Positions 50,478-63,589 of a stretch of DNA of 64,000 bases are shown here, one piece after another. This stretch comes from Mobula hypostoma (lineage: Eukaryota), in assembly GCF_963921235.1 (NCBI RefSeq), contig NC_086108.1:27096001-27160000 (forward strand), in the 5' to 3' direction. The notes under the pieces are model-generated. The model was not told the origin of the DNA. It was given only the letters and a program-made list of their open reading frames with translations, and did not search any database. Position 1 is the stretch's first letter. Every line of letters begins with the position of its first letter. The position numbers were made by a program, and so were the translations under genes.

Positions 50478-52508
50478 AGTAGTCCAAAAACAAAGAAATA
50501 CTCATATGGCAAAAGAGTACAACTGTGGCTGACAAGGGAAATCAAAGCTAATGTAAAAGCAAAAGAGAGGGCATACAATAAAGCAAAAAATTAGCATGAA
50601 GGTGGAGGACTGGGAAGCTTTTAAAAACCTACAGAAAGCAACTGGAAGTATCCTTAGGAGAGAGAAGATGAGATATGAAAGCAAGCTAGCAAACACTATC
50701 AAGGTGGACAGAAAAAGCTTTATCAAGTATACAAAAAAAGAGATGAGAGTGGATGTAGGACCATAGAAAATGAGGCTGGAGAAATAATGATGGGGGAGAA
50801 GGCAATGAACTAAACAAGTATGTTGCATCAGTCTTCACTGTGGAAGACACTGGTAGTGTGCCAGATGTTGAAGGGTGTGAGGGAAGAGAAGTACACTGTA
50901 CTATTACTATTACAAGGGAGAAGGTGCTCAAAAAGTTGAAAGACCTAAGGGTACATATGTCACCCAGACCAGATGAACTGCACCCTAGGATTCTGAAAGA
51001 GGTAGCAGTAGAGATTGTGGAGGCATTAATAATGATCTTTCAAAAATCATTGTACTCTGGAATAGTGCCAGAGGATTGAAAAATTGCAAATATCACACCA
51101 CTCTTTCAGAAAGGAAGAAGGCAGCAGAAAGGAAATTATAGACCAGTTAGCCTGACCTCAGTGGTTGGAAGATGTTGGTGACAATTGTAAAGTGTGAGAT
51201 TATGGAGTACTTATTAATACAGCACAAGATAGGACAAAGTCAGCATGGTTTCCTTTAGGGAAAATCTTGCCTGATGAACCTATTGGAATTCTTTGAGGAG
51301 ATTACAAGTAGGATAGCTGAAGGGAATAGAATGGATATTGAATATTTGGATTTCAGAAGGCCTTTAACAAGATGCCACACATGAGGCTGCTTACCAAGTT
51401 AAGACCCCATGGTATTGCAGGAAAGTTACTAACAAGGTTAGAGCATTGGCTGATTGGTAGGAAGCAGTGAGTGGGAATAAAAGGATCCTTTTCTGGTTTG
51501 GGCTGCCAGTGACTAGTGGTTTTCCTCAGGGGTTGGTGTTGAGACTGCTTCTTTTTATGCTGTATATCAATGGTTTAGATGATAGAATAGATGGCTTTGT
51601 TGCCAAGTTTTCAGATGATACAAAGATTGACAGAGGGGCAGGTAGTGTTGAGGAAACAGGTAGGCTGCAGAGGACAGATTGGGAGAATGGGTCAGAAAGT
51701 GGCAAATGAAATACAATGTTGGAAAATCCATGGTCATGCATCTTGGTAGTACAAATAATGTGCAGACTATTTTCTAAGTGGGGAGAAAATTCAAAAATCT
51801 GAGTTGCAAGGGACTTGGAAGTCCTTGTGTAGAACACCCTAAAGGTTAACTTGCAGTTTGAGTTGGTGGCAAGGAAGGCGAATGAAATATTAGCATTCAT
51901 TTCAAGAGTCTAGAATATAAGAGCAGGGATGTGATGCTACGGCTTTATAAGGCACTGGTGAGGCCTCACCTTGAGTATTGTGAACAGGTTTGTGTTCGTT
52001 ATTTAAGAAAAGATGTGCTGGCATTGGAGAGGGTTCAGAGGAGATTCACAGGATGATTCCAGGAATGAAAGGGTTATCATATGAGGAACATTTGATGGCC
52101 CTGGGCCTGCACTCGCTAGAATTTTGAAGAATGAGGGGGGATCTCATTCTGAACGTTGAAAGGCATAGTCAGCGTAGATGTGGAGTACATGGTAGGGGAG
52201 TCTAGGACAGGAGGGCACAGACTCAGGATAGAGAGGTGTCCATTTAAAACAGATGTGGAGAAATTTCTTTCACCAGAGAGTTGTAAAATTTGTGGAATTT
52301 ATTACCACAGGCAGCTGTGGAAGCCAGGTCGTTGGGTGTATTTAAGGTGGAGATTGATAGGTTCTTGAATGGACATGGTATCAAAGGTTACAGGGAGAAG
52401 GTTGGGGAGTGGGGCTCAGGAAAGGTAAAAAATGATCAGCCATGATTGAATGGTGGAGCAAACTCAATGGACCAAATGTCCTAATTCTGCTCTACTATCT
52501 TATGGTCT
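50478..52508 (+). mobile_element. CR1 LINE pseudogene
   Basis: SPRPDELHPRILKEVA, GFPQGLVL, KFSDDTK, CR1 3' tail. Confidence 0.88.
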
Positions 52509-52940
52509 TCACTGTAACTGCATCAATATGTTGGTCCCAGGACAGATCCTCAGAGATGTTGATACCCAGGAACTTGAAATTGTTCACTCTTTCCACTTCT
52601 GATCCCTCTATAATGATTGGTGTGTGTTCCCTCATCTTACCCTTTCTGAAGTCCACAATCAGTTCAGTCTTACTGACATTGTGTGCAAGGTTGTCACTGC
52701 AACACCACTCAATCAGCTGATCTATCTTATTCCCATATGCTTTCTGGCTACCATCTGAAATTCCATCAACAATAGTAGTCCCATCAGCATGTTTATAGAT
52801 GGTATTTGAATTGTGCCTAGTCACACAGTCATGGGTGTCGGGAGAAAAGAGCAGTGGGCTAAGCACGCATCCCTGAGGTGTGCCAGTGTTGGTTGTCAGT
52901 GAGGTAGAGATGTTATTTCTGATCCAGTGAGGAAGTTGAG
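52509..52940 (-). mobile_element. Rex1/Babar RT fragment
   Basis: LSPLLFS...THDC...NVSKTELIVDFRK...FKFLGINISEDLSW. Confidence 0.8.
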
Positions 52941-53129
52941 TACACTGAACAGGAGGAAGGAATTGTAGCTACTGTTCCGAGACAGAGAGCTGCAAGCTAA
53001 GTGCACCTTTCATCTTTAGCCACACTCACTCAAACTTGCCAGACTTCAAGAACATTGAACCATGAAAAAGAGTAATGGATCAGATTCTATCTCAGGCCTT
53101 CTGGATTAAGATTTGTAATAAGATGGAGG

Positions 53130-54770
53130 CTGATGGAGGTACAAGTTCAGCCCATTTCCTGTACCGAGGCATATTCCCTCATTGTTGTTTCTATCTAAAA
53201 TTCTGTCAGTCTGTGTCTTGAATATGCTCAGCAAATGCTTCTCCACAGCACTCTTAAGTAGAAAATTCTAAAGATTTATCACCTTCTGGCTGAAGAAGAT
53301 TTCTCTCATCTGTCCCAAATGGCTGATACTTTTGAAACAATGAGATTTAGACACTCCAGAGAGAGAAAGCATCTTCCTGGTATTTAACTTGTCAATTTCT
53401 TGTAACAATGCACAGCAGGTCCATGATATCATCTCTCACTCTTGTAAATACAAAAATACACAAGTCCCACCTGCATAATCTTTCACAGAACTACCATCCC
53501 AGAATCTAATCTGGAGAACCTTCACTCTAGTTTCTCTATCAAGAGAACATCCTTCCACAGGTGTGGAAGGTAGATCTCTAAGCAACATTCCAGATGCCAT
53601 CACACCAGGTTCTCGTATAATTAGAGTGCAACTTCTCTACTCATGTGCTCACATCCTCCTGCAATAGAAGGCTAATGTACTGATTGTTCTCTGAATTTCT
53701 TGCTCTGCAAGAATGTTACCTTTCAGTAATTTGCTTTACAGGAACACATATGTGACTGAACAGTACATTTAAATCTCTCCCATTTAAAAATAGTTTAGCT
53801 TTCTATTTATTTTTCTGCCAAAGTTCATGAACTTGCACTATTTCATTTGCTCTGTCCTTGCTCATTCAGATTAAACCTAATTTCCTTGAAGCCTTTATAC
53901 CCTTCTTACAAACCAAACTGCCATCTAGTTTTGTATCATCAGGAAGCTAAGATATTACATGACCCTGTCATTCAATCATTGATTAAAAAAAAAGAGAAGT
54001 TCTGAGATCCCAGCATCAACCTCCATAAGTCCAACTCTCCCCTTTAGCTCCCATCTTATAAAAGACCTGTTTATTCATACACTATGCTTTCAGTCTGATA
54101 ATCATCCTCCGGTTCTTCTCCTCCATGGACTCTTTGACTTCCTCTGCACTTTGATTATATCTGCTGCTTTACCAGGGCAGGAAAGACCTACACCCTCATT
54201 TCTCCCTCCTCCATTAGGCAGAAGATACAGAAGTGTGAAAGCACACATGGACAGGCTCAAGGGCAGCTTCTATTGCTCTTTTATAAAACTATTGAATGAT
54301 CTACTTGTGTATGACAAGATAACCTCAATCTACCTCAGCGAGGCCCTTCCATCTCATTGTCTACATGTAATACACTTTCTCTGCAACTGTAACACTTTAT
54401 TTTGTATTCTGTTATTGTTTTCCCTTATAGACCCATAATGCTCTGATATGATCAAATAATCTGCATAGATGGCATTCAAGACAGTTTCTCACCAAACCCA
54501 GTACATGACACCAATAAACCAATTTACCAGTGCTGTCACTTTAATTTTGGTTAAAAATTTCTTATACAGCACTTTATCAACATCCAAACATACCATATCA
54601 ACTGGTTTACCTTACCTCTACTGTCACCAACTTTAAATCAAATTTGTTTTCCCTTTTTTTCAGCCCAGACCTGTTTCAAAGTGTCCTTTTATCACTCCAG
54701 CATTCCCCTTCTACAGATGCCAAGCTAACTGGACTGTTGTTCCTACATTCTCTCTTCCTCTACTTTAGTG
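53130..54770. mobile_element. Decayed minus-strand CR1 with a plus-strand Rex1-like 3' end inserted (~54175-54530)
   Basis: Eroded CR1 motifs; PLGRRYRSVKAHMDRLKGSFY in the insert. Confidence 0.55.
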
Positions 54771-55164
54771 GGATTTGATTTCAAAGAGTCAAGGTACATT
54801 TATTATCAAAGTATGTTCGCAGTATACCATTCTGAGATTCGACTTTCACAAAACAAAGAAACATGACAGATTGCATTCAAAGAAAATCAAACACCCTCAA
54901 ACACCCAACACATTAAAAAAAATCACGCAAGCAGCTAAAAAAATGTGAAAAGAACAGAATATAAAACACTAAACCACGTTGAAATGGTCTAGGAATGTTC
55001 AGTTTAGTTCAGCTCAGTTCAATTTACCACTGTGTCCTTTGTTGCCTGCAGGCCGCAGAGCCAAATCGCTGTGATCAAAATCGCACAAGATAGCAATAAA
55101 AGAGGAGCCCAGACCTCCGGCACCATTATGATGTAGATTGTTAAAAGACATGCAGACTTATTGC

Positions 55165-55260
55165 AACATACACAAAATACTGGAGGAACAGCAGATCAGG
55201 CGGCATCCATCGGAATGAACAATTGGTCGATGTTTCGGGCTGAGACCCTTCTTCAGGACG
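55165..55260 (-). mobile_element. Short Penelope 3'-terminal remnant with degenerate hammerhead
   Basis: Minus strand gtcCTGAAGAagggtctcagcccGAAAcatcgacc; related remnants at ~11790-11860, 12105-12230, 38405-38500 and 57550-57660. Confidence 0.6.
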
Positions 55261-56214
55261 GGGGATTAATTGCCTTTCTGTTCAGTTAATATCTGTTGTA
55301 GGTTTTAACTAGCAGTAATCGCTTCGAGATCCTCATTCACACAAGGCCTGTGTCCATCACTGTTTCCAAGAGATCCTTCCTCTTTCCTGAAGGCAAACAA
55401 AAAATCTCTTGCTGTTTCCTTACTCCTCCAAATAATTTCTTCTCCTTCACCCTTGCATGTCAACATCATTTTCATCAAATACTTTGGAATGGTATATGAC
55501 ATGAAAGGTTTTATATACTGTTGTTGGTTCTACATTGAAAACCACCCAATCATCTGATTAGCTAAAAATGCTTTAGAGCAGCTTGAAGTTATTAAAACAG
55601 TGTGTGACTATGTTTTTTTTTTGCCATTTTTTAATGAACTTTGATAATTCTCCCTTAATCAGCACTAATCAACCCCCACTGGAAACTACTGTGACTAAGC
55701 AGCCATTCAGTAATACATTTCTGATTATCTCCCATGGGCAGTGATCCAAATTATCCAAATAAACTTGTCAAAAGAAAAGTGAAACAACAATAAACAAAAC
55801 ATCAGGATAGTATTATTGTTCTTTGATAAAGTGTAATATACAATTGCAAGGTAATAATTTTCAGTTCTGCAAAGATGGATAGGGAATATCAGTCTGAGAT
55901 ACCTGCCTGTGCCAGTAATGCATGCAGACTGACCTGCTGCCATAAACCGCCATTGTCTCAGGTGTATGCAGCTCTGTAGCTCAATGTACTCTGTACCATT
56001 GAATTCCAGAGCTTAGGCCGAATCACAAAGCAATCAACATCTTTGCAGCTCCTGTGAAATATTGGCTGAAAGGACTTTGTCACTACTTGTTGGCATGACA
56101 CCTAATTAACTTTCTATTTCACATTTGGCATTTGAATCAGACACAGCTTTATAAAGGTAAACAAAATGTTACTGTGGGCATATGATGCTTTATATATATA
56201 CTACTAATGTCATT

Positions 56215-56806
56215 GGTTCCAAGGTTGTCGAGGAGTGGTAGGGGGACAAGCTCCCATTACCTGAAAGTGCTCCTCACGGCATGCGCCTCAAATAGTCTCT
56301 GACAACCAAGTCCAACTCCTGGCCTTCTCATGTGGCTTAGCCTCTAAGCCTGACGGAACTGTTTCTACTGACAGGAGAAGGGGTGAAGGCGGGTCTTGGC
56401 GCCTTAAAACCAGTGCTTTGGATAACTGGAGCTCGTCAGCCTGGGAAGGCAGTCCATCTAAGAAAGGGAAAACTCTGATTTCAAACCTCTGCTGCCTTGC
56501 GGCCATACCCACTCATAGGAAAGGCTTCGGGAGTAACCCTGAGGATAAATCCAGAGCTGGAGTCCCTAAGACAGTCGGACGTTGCCTTCAACCTCATTCT
56601 GGCAACTCCTGCAACGACACTGGTGCCAAGCTGTATCGGACCTTGCCCTTCCCTTGGACAACATCGGGGTCATGGAGAGAGGACATTTGCTGCATGGGCA
56701 ATTTCCGGTCTTCCATACAACTTTGCCCAGGCCTGCGCCCTGGAGAGGACACTCTGCAAGACTTCCCAGGCGCAGATCCGTGGTCTGGCGAGACTAACAG
56801 ATGTCA
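56215..56806 (+). mobile_element. Non-autonomous RTE-like element (5'UTR-like part joined to 3' part)
   Basis: 'gggaaggcagtccatctaagaaagggaaaactctgatttcaaacc' resembles RTE 5'UTRs; imperfect TSD ctactaatgtcatt (56201-14) / ccactaaagttatt (56807-20), 11/14 match. Confidence 0.6.
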
Positions 56807-57045
56807 CCACTAAAGTTATTATAGCATCACATTCAAAAAAATAATCCCTGATTATCTAAGAGGTGATTTCTCTATCTGGAGCGGAGTGTCAAGTTGTTTG
56901 ACAAAATATTCATGCTTTATACTGTACACCCTTGCATTATGGAGGAGTTGTATTTCTAGAAAAACTGCATCATGATTTTCCATCCTGCAAGCACTGGGAA
57001 AAAATTGACAATTTGCTGTTTTTCCCCCTGCTCCCCCCACCCCCA

Positions 57046-57075
57046 ACACACACACACATACACACACACACACAC
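57046..57075. repeat. (CA)n microsatellite
   Basis: Direct inspection. Confidence 0.9.
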
Positions 57076-57809
57076 GTTGCACTTAGTTGTTCTCTTTTAC
57101 AGAAATGATTAAGAGAAATTACTTTTCTGCTTTCTGGTAGTGGCTTGTGAATTCTGTAAGGGCAGATTTTCATTACCTGTGCTGACTCAATGCAAAGGTA
57201 CACAGTATTCATTTTGAAGTCATAACGCAAAACAAATAATTGTGTGGTCCACTTAATATATTCTTCTGGTGCTTGTTTTGTTGATGCTAATACTATGTTT
57301 ACCACCTCTACCGCACCAGATGCCTTCTACCCATTATACACTTAAAAGCAGTTCAAGATATCAACAACATTCACCTCCACTCCATTTCTACCACCAATGA
57401 CGTCGAAATGCTCCTCTACCAAAGTATCCAAAAATAGTACATCCTTTCACAACTTCACCAACCTTTGTCCAGAGATATGTTATCTTAGTGCCACACAAAA
57501 CCTTTACAATCATAGTTCCAGTGCTCATCATTAGTGGTCTTTTGCCATTTTGTCGTTGACCTGAAACATCAGTGGTTTCTTTCACCATAGATGCTGCCTG
57601 ACTTGCGGAGTGTTTCCAACAATCTGTTTTCATTCTAGATCTGGCATCGTTGCCTCAGATTCTTTTTAACCTCTACCAAAACAAAATGCATGCACAAAAC
57701 AAAACTAATCAAGTCACAAAGAAATTCTCGTTTGAGAATACTTTTAGCAGTAAGAGTATTAGGCAATGTAAATTTTGGTCAGGTTATATCTTTCATTTCC
57801 CCTGAGGTT

Positions 57810-58640
57810 CTGTTGAAATATCTCCCCTTTCACCCTCAGTCTACACCCTCCAGTTCTTGATTTTCCAACCCTGGGCAAAAAACTGAGTACATTCACCCTG
57901 TCTATACCCTCATGATTTTATACAACTATCAATCAACCCAGTCTCCTAAATTCCAATAAAGTCATGGTTTGCTCAAACTCTTTCCATAGCTTAGTCCTTC
58001 AAGTCCTGACACCATCCTTAGCAATCTCCTTTACATTCTTTCAAACTTAATGGTATCTTTCCAATAGTAGGGTGACCAAACATTAACATAATATTCCAAA
58101 TGCAGTTTCTCCAATGTCTTGTAAACTTTCAAAATAATATCCCAACTTCTATACTCAATGACCTGCCTGATGAAGGCCAGTATGTCAAAAGCCATGCTGA
58201 CTTCTCCTAATCAGACTGTCTATCCATATTCTGAAATTCCCTTCAGTAACTTTTTTCACCACTGATATCAGGCTGAATGGTTTGTAGATGCTTGGCTTGT
58301 CCTTGCTACTCATATTAAACAATGGATCAACATTAGTCACATTCCAATCTTAGGGAAAACCGCTCGTAGCTACTGATGAAACAAATAGCTCTGTAAGCGC
58401 TTCTGCAATTTCTTCTCTAGCGTCCCACAAAGTCTAAGGATGCATTCAATCAAACCCAGGGGATTTATCCACCGTAATGCACTTCAAGGCTACAAATACC
58501 TCTTCCTTGGTACTACAAATTCCATCCAAAACATCCCCACTTATTTTCTCTATCTCTTGATCAACCCTGATTTTCTCCTCTGTAAACACTGAGTTCAGAG
58601 TCTGCTCAAGGTCCCACCCCTCACCAATATATTTTAAACC
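57810..58640 (-). mobile_element. Decayed CR1 with internal deletions
   Basis: LNSVFTEE...LKCITVDKSPG and RT-end remnants. Confidence 0.65.
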
Positions 58641-59109
58641 CTCCTGTTTTATTATCAAATTTCCTTGCAGGGGTATTAGTCCCTCTTTGGTTTAGGTGCA
58701 CAAGTCATCTCTAACCCAGAAGAAACCATGGTTCAAGAACATGAATAGCTGCTGCTCACACCAGCTCCTCAGCTGGAAATTCATCTGCCCCATCCTATTT
58801 CAGACTTCACTAGTACATGGCACCAACAGAAAACTACCCTGTGCTCCTTAAACTTATTCTGCAGGATTTCATCCCTTGTTCTACTCATGTCATTGATACA
58901 AACATAATCGTAATGACTTTATTTACAGAATATAGCCCCTTTCATACTTTTAGTTGCAGGCTTAAAGTGCTTTACACAGGTAATAAAGATAAGTCAATAT
59001 AGCCATAAAAATATGAGCCAAAATTAAGCAAACATTATACCAAAATACCAAATTATACAAGTGTAATCATCAACAGATATTAATTAATTCTACAAGTAGG
59101 CCAAATTAA

Positions 59110-59600
59110 TATAGTACCATACAGAAGTATTAGGTACATAGATATAGCCAGGGTGTCTAAGACTTCTGCACAGTTCTGTATTTATCAACATGGAGTAGAG
59201 AGTGAGTTTGTAAATCTAACAGGGGCAAAGGATGTTGGAATGGCGAGGGTGGAGCCCCATGTGAGAAGTGTGGGACAGGCGGAAGCGATGGAATGCTGGG
59301 AACAGGAGGTGGTGCCAGTGCAAACAAACCTAGCCCTGAGATACCAGCAAGATAATTTGATTCAAAATAATTGGTTTATTGATCATTACAGAATGCCTCT
59401 CTGGTGCTTCCTCCTCCCTTCCCTCTCCCTTCCCCTTTTCACAACCATGAGACCCCTCTTCCTGCACCCTTCCCACTCCCAGTCAACAATAGAGACCCAC
59501 ACCAGAACAGTTTAATACATAAAATTACTACACAACTGTGCAAAAAGTCTTCAGCACCCTAGCTATATATATGTGCCTAAGTCTTTTACACAGTACTGTA
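59110..59600. mobile_element. Tc1/mariner-like MITE with ~70-bp self-palindromic terminal arms
   Basis: Arms 59110-59180 and 59529-59600 are mutually inverted, and each ends ...CACAGT(T/A)CTGTA. Confidence 0.65.
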
Positions 59601-59890
59601 GATTTTTGGAAGAGTTGTGAAACATTCCACATTACTAGCCTGTTGTGTCTCAGTTGGTAAAATATTCCAGATTTTTGGTACATAAGAACGAAAGGCTGCA
59701 TCACCAGTTCTTATATACTTGGCTCTATGAACACTAAGCAAACCAGTATTTGTGGATTTAAGATTACAATTAAGGATGTAGGGGGAAACACACTCCAAAA
59801 TAAATGGAGGAACTAGATTATATAGAGCCTTATATACAATTAAGAGCATGTTAAAATTGATCCTAAAGGACACAGACGGCCTGTGGAATA
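59601..59890 (-). mobile_element. L2-like LINE C-terminal fragment
   Basis: RINFNMLLIVYKALYNLVP...GDAAFRSYVPKIWNILP. Confidence 0.65.
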
Positions 59891-60387
59891 ATGCCAAAAC
59901 TGGTGAAATGTGCTCAGATTTTCTTTTGTTTTGGTTAAGATTCTTGCAGCTGCAGCTTGTTCAGGACATTCACAATATGCATTGAGATGTGCAAAACCCT
60001 CTGGGTGTTCACCCTCCCTGGAGGGAATTTTCTGCATCCACTCAGAGACATCCAGGACCCTGGCACCCAAGAGCCAACAAATCATTCTGGAAACTCTTCT
60101 GTGGCTGCAGAATCTCCTGTTTGTCCCCTTCACGACTGAGTCATCCATCACTATAACTCTGTCTGACTACGCCTTTTCCCTCTCAGCCTCAGAACCAGTT
60201 ACAATACCATAAACATGATTACTACTGCTAACCCCTGAACTTTATCCCCCTCAACAATATCCAAAGAGATCCATGGGTTGGTAAAGGGACTGCACACTGG
60301 TGAATCCAGCACTGACTGCCTTATTCCCCTGACTTCTTGGAAGACACCCATCCATCTGAAGCCTTCACCTTGGGTGTGACCATCTCA

Positions 60388-61099
60388 GGCTACATCCATA
60401 TTACGCCAGATCATTTTGAAAATGCCGGTTTCGAGTAAAAATGACAGGCATACACACTAAGCGTTTTTCAAAATATCTCTGTTCACACTAACATGGATAC
60501 TTGGGTGAATCTCCTCTACTGGGCACGCGTAGGACACAGAGAAACCAAGCGAAGAGGAAACCGTATGCTTAGTGCGCGTTTGTCCAGTTACAGAGTAGAA
60601 AAACTTAAAAAGAATTGCTCTTGGTTCTCACGCAGGAGGACTTAATACTTAAAAAAAACAAATACTGGAGCATATGGAGGCAACTGACAGGGAGTTCACG
60701 GACAGTATGACCCGGCTGACGACAAACATTGAAAAACTGACTAACTCTGTTGCATTAATAAAGCACCTTGTTAACTGTATAAAACATGTCTGCATCAGTG
60801 TTATCTTGTATTTCCATACAATGTTACATTAGGCTGTTACACATCTATTGTCAGAGCAGGTACTTGCATAAATAGGTAAACCACTTTCGTACAAGCAAGG
60901 ACAGAAAACAGGGCAAGGTGAATATACTTATTTATTCAGTAAGCTATGAGTCAAAGTATTTGGTGACTACATTTCTAACTCTTCTGGCTTCAGCCTCATT
61001 GCCGTCTGTTCTAAAATTGTTAGGTTCTGCGAAGCGCAGAATCAGATATCACTGTGATGATTGTACGCTCTAGTATCAATTGTTTGGCGACAATAAAGT

Positions 61100-61132
<33 letters not shown>

Positions 61133-61379
61133 AAAACAATGAAATGCCGGGCTGCCGTCACCTGTTGCGGCACGTCATGACAGCGGTTTTAAAAAGCTCC
61201 GGTTACCCCGTACACACTGCAACGGATATTAGGCGTTTTCAGATTTATTCACTCTGGAGACCATTTCTGAAAATCTCCACTTTTGGGGGATGAAGACACC
61301 ATTTTAGTGTGGAGAGAGAGTCAAAACGAAGAGAAAAAGCTTTGCTTTCAAAATTATCCGGCGTAGTGTGGACGTAGCC
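60388..61379. mobile_element. Non-autonomous PIF/Harbinger DNA transposon
   Basis: TIRs GGCTACATCCATATTACGCCAGATCATTTTGAAA / TTTCAAAATTATCCGGCGTAGTGTGGACGTAGCC; 3-bp TSD TCA at 60385-87 and 61380-82. Confidence 0.85.
61102..61135. repeat. (AAG)n microsatellite following AATAAA, inside the Harbinger
   Basis: Direct inspection. Confidence 0.9.
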
Positions 61380-61544
61380 TCAGTAAAAGTTATATCTATG
61401 ATGTTCTCAGCTTCCCAGATTATCCTGAGTACATCCAAATCCAGCTTTAGTTCCTTGACCCAGTCTGTATCGAACTACGCCTGGGAGCACTTCCCACTAC
61501 AGTACAGTAGTCATCAGACTCCCTGACTTCCCACATCCTTAGTT

Positions 61545-62070
61545 TAGGATACTGAGTTTAAGAGCTTCAAGGCAATGCTCCAACTCTAAGAGATTTAGCA
61601 GTCTGCTGCCTGGATTAGAAAGCATGTTTCTGAGGATTGGTTGAGCAAACCATGGCTTTTCTCTTTAGAGTGAAGGAGGTTGAGAAGAGGCTTGATAGAT
61701 GTGTAAAAGATGATAAGATGCATAGATAGATTGGATGGACCGTGACTTTATTTCCCTCAGGGTGGAAATAGCCAACACAAGAGGGTATAATTTTAAAATG
61801 ATTTGAGGAAAGCATAGGGGATGTTAGGGGTAGATTTTTTTTTAATTCAGAGAGTGGTATGTGTGTGGGACTCACTGCTAGGGTTAGTGGTACTATCAAA
61901 TACATTACGGACATTTAAAAGTTTCTCAGATACAAAGTAGATACACGGATGAAAGGAAATGGAGGGCTATGCAGAAGGGAAGCAATAGGTTCATTTTGAA
62001 GTAGGTTGAAAGATTGTCACATCATGGGCTGAAGGGCCGATACCATGCTGTACTTGTTCTATGTTCTATC
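61545..62070 (+). mobile_element. CR1 3' end of the same type as the minisatellite host
   Basis: 'ttttaaaatgatttgaggaaagcatagggg' matches 38919-38948; tail matches 46100-46220. Confidence 0.75.
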
Positions 62071-62469
62071 ATGCAGAAGGAGCAGTCCACTGCCCGAACT
62101 ACTATTCTGCCTACCTTGAGTCTGACATTGGCTCAGTCTCACATTAGCTGCTCTGTTGACCCAAACTTCTTTTTATTGGCTATTGTTAGTAAGCTAATGA
62201 ACCAATTCACCATCACCTTTGAATTAGCAAACCTTCCTCTTAAATTCCTGTAAAGTGAAACTCATGAACAAGCCCTGAGACTTACTTTTTTAAACTCTCC
62301 TGCTCTCTGTCCAATGCAACTCCTGTGAAGAAAATCTCACCTTAGTACGATAAAATGGTCATTTGACCTCACAATCTATCCCATTATGACCCTGCACCTC
62401 ATTGTCAGCCTGCATTGCACTGTCACGGCAACAGTAACACTTTGTTTTGTGTTCTGTTAATGTTTTCTC

Positions 62470-63300
62470 TGTTACGTACCCTGTAACTGGGTTGCCAAAC
62501 CAGCAGAAATGGAACACTCGTTGCAGTCTGGATTGCTAGGAATTAATTAAGTTTTATTAAAGAAACAAATAATACAGTACTCTAATCATAAGGATATAAA
62601 TGTAACAGGTTATCAATGATAATACACACTTATACACAGAACTAGGGTAATAGGAATCAACCAAGCTCTATCGCAGTCTAGGGGTAAAATGATCAGTCTT
62701 ACAGTGACGCAGAGTTCATTTCAGCTTAGTGCAGTTCGCAGTAATCACTGTTGTACCGTTGGGGGGGGGATGCAATTTGGTTCAGGCAGACCTTTGATGT
62801 CTTCGCAGTTGGTTTCGGGCAGACCCTTTTTGATGTCTTCTATCCCGCTGTGGTCACGGACTGTGACCCCTCTGTTCCGGATACGATCGTTCTTCCGTGG
62901 TGAACCCGGCACCCAGGCAAGGGCGGACACACACACCAGGTTCCCACCGATCTTACCTTTGCACCCTGTGAGCCTATGGTCGGTTCCCTCGAACCGGACC
63001 TCCAAACTCCCACCACTTGTGGGGGCACACCACTTTTTCCAGGGTCTCATTGTCTCGTGGTCTCGCGGTGTCCCGTGCCTTAAGCCAACCTGCTCTTTTT
63101 ATTCCCCTTCTGGGGTATCACCTGTCCATCAGACTTCAAACAGTTCAGGTTCAAAGCAACCGGTCTGTCAATATTCTGAATTGTGTTTCTTTTCCGTTAA
63201 TCCCTCTCTCCTCTCTTATTAGCATTTTGAATGTTTCTCCATTGTCTCTCTTACCTCTCTCATTAGCATCAATCGGCCGATAGCTTGGTTTGGTGTCAGA
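62470..63300 (-). mobile_element. Gypsy solo LTR, same family as 15758-16558
   Basis: Reverse-complement similarity along its length; 4-bp TSD TCTC at 62466-69 and 63301-04; inserted in a Rex1-like tail. Confidence 0.92.
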
Positions 63301-63589
63301 TCTCTTAGACCATTTCAAGTACTGTTGCAATGAATAAAATGATCGATATGTATGGCTTGCAAAGCAAAGTTGTTTTTTGCACATCAGGATATGTGACAAT
63401 AATAAACCAATTTACCAGTTTCCTACACAGATACTGCATGACCCATTCTGTTCCTCCACCAGTTTTAGAGAGCTCTAGATTCCAGCATTTGCAGTAATTT
63501 AACCCATAGATTGTCTCATTACTAACATTTTTTTCGATCAATGAAATTTTTGTATCAGAAATTTTTAGATGCTGTTACCATGCATAGCT

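Larger units (their letters stand above)
59955..61540 (-). mobile_element. CR1 ORF1 (esterase-like) remnant split by a Harbinger MITE
   Basis: DSVVKGTNRRFC...MICWLLGARVLDVSE...EGEHPE; similar piece at 63935-64000. Confidence 0.7.

Noticed and set aside
55270..55410. Minus-strand exon after ttttttgtttgccttcag
   Set aside because: No recognisable protein, stops in all frames and no convincing donor.
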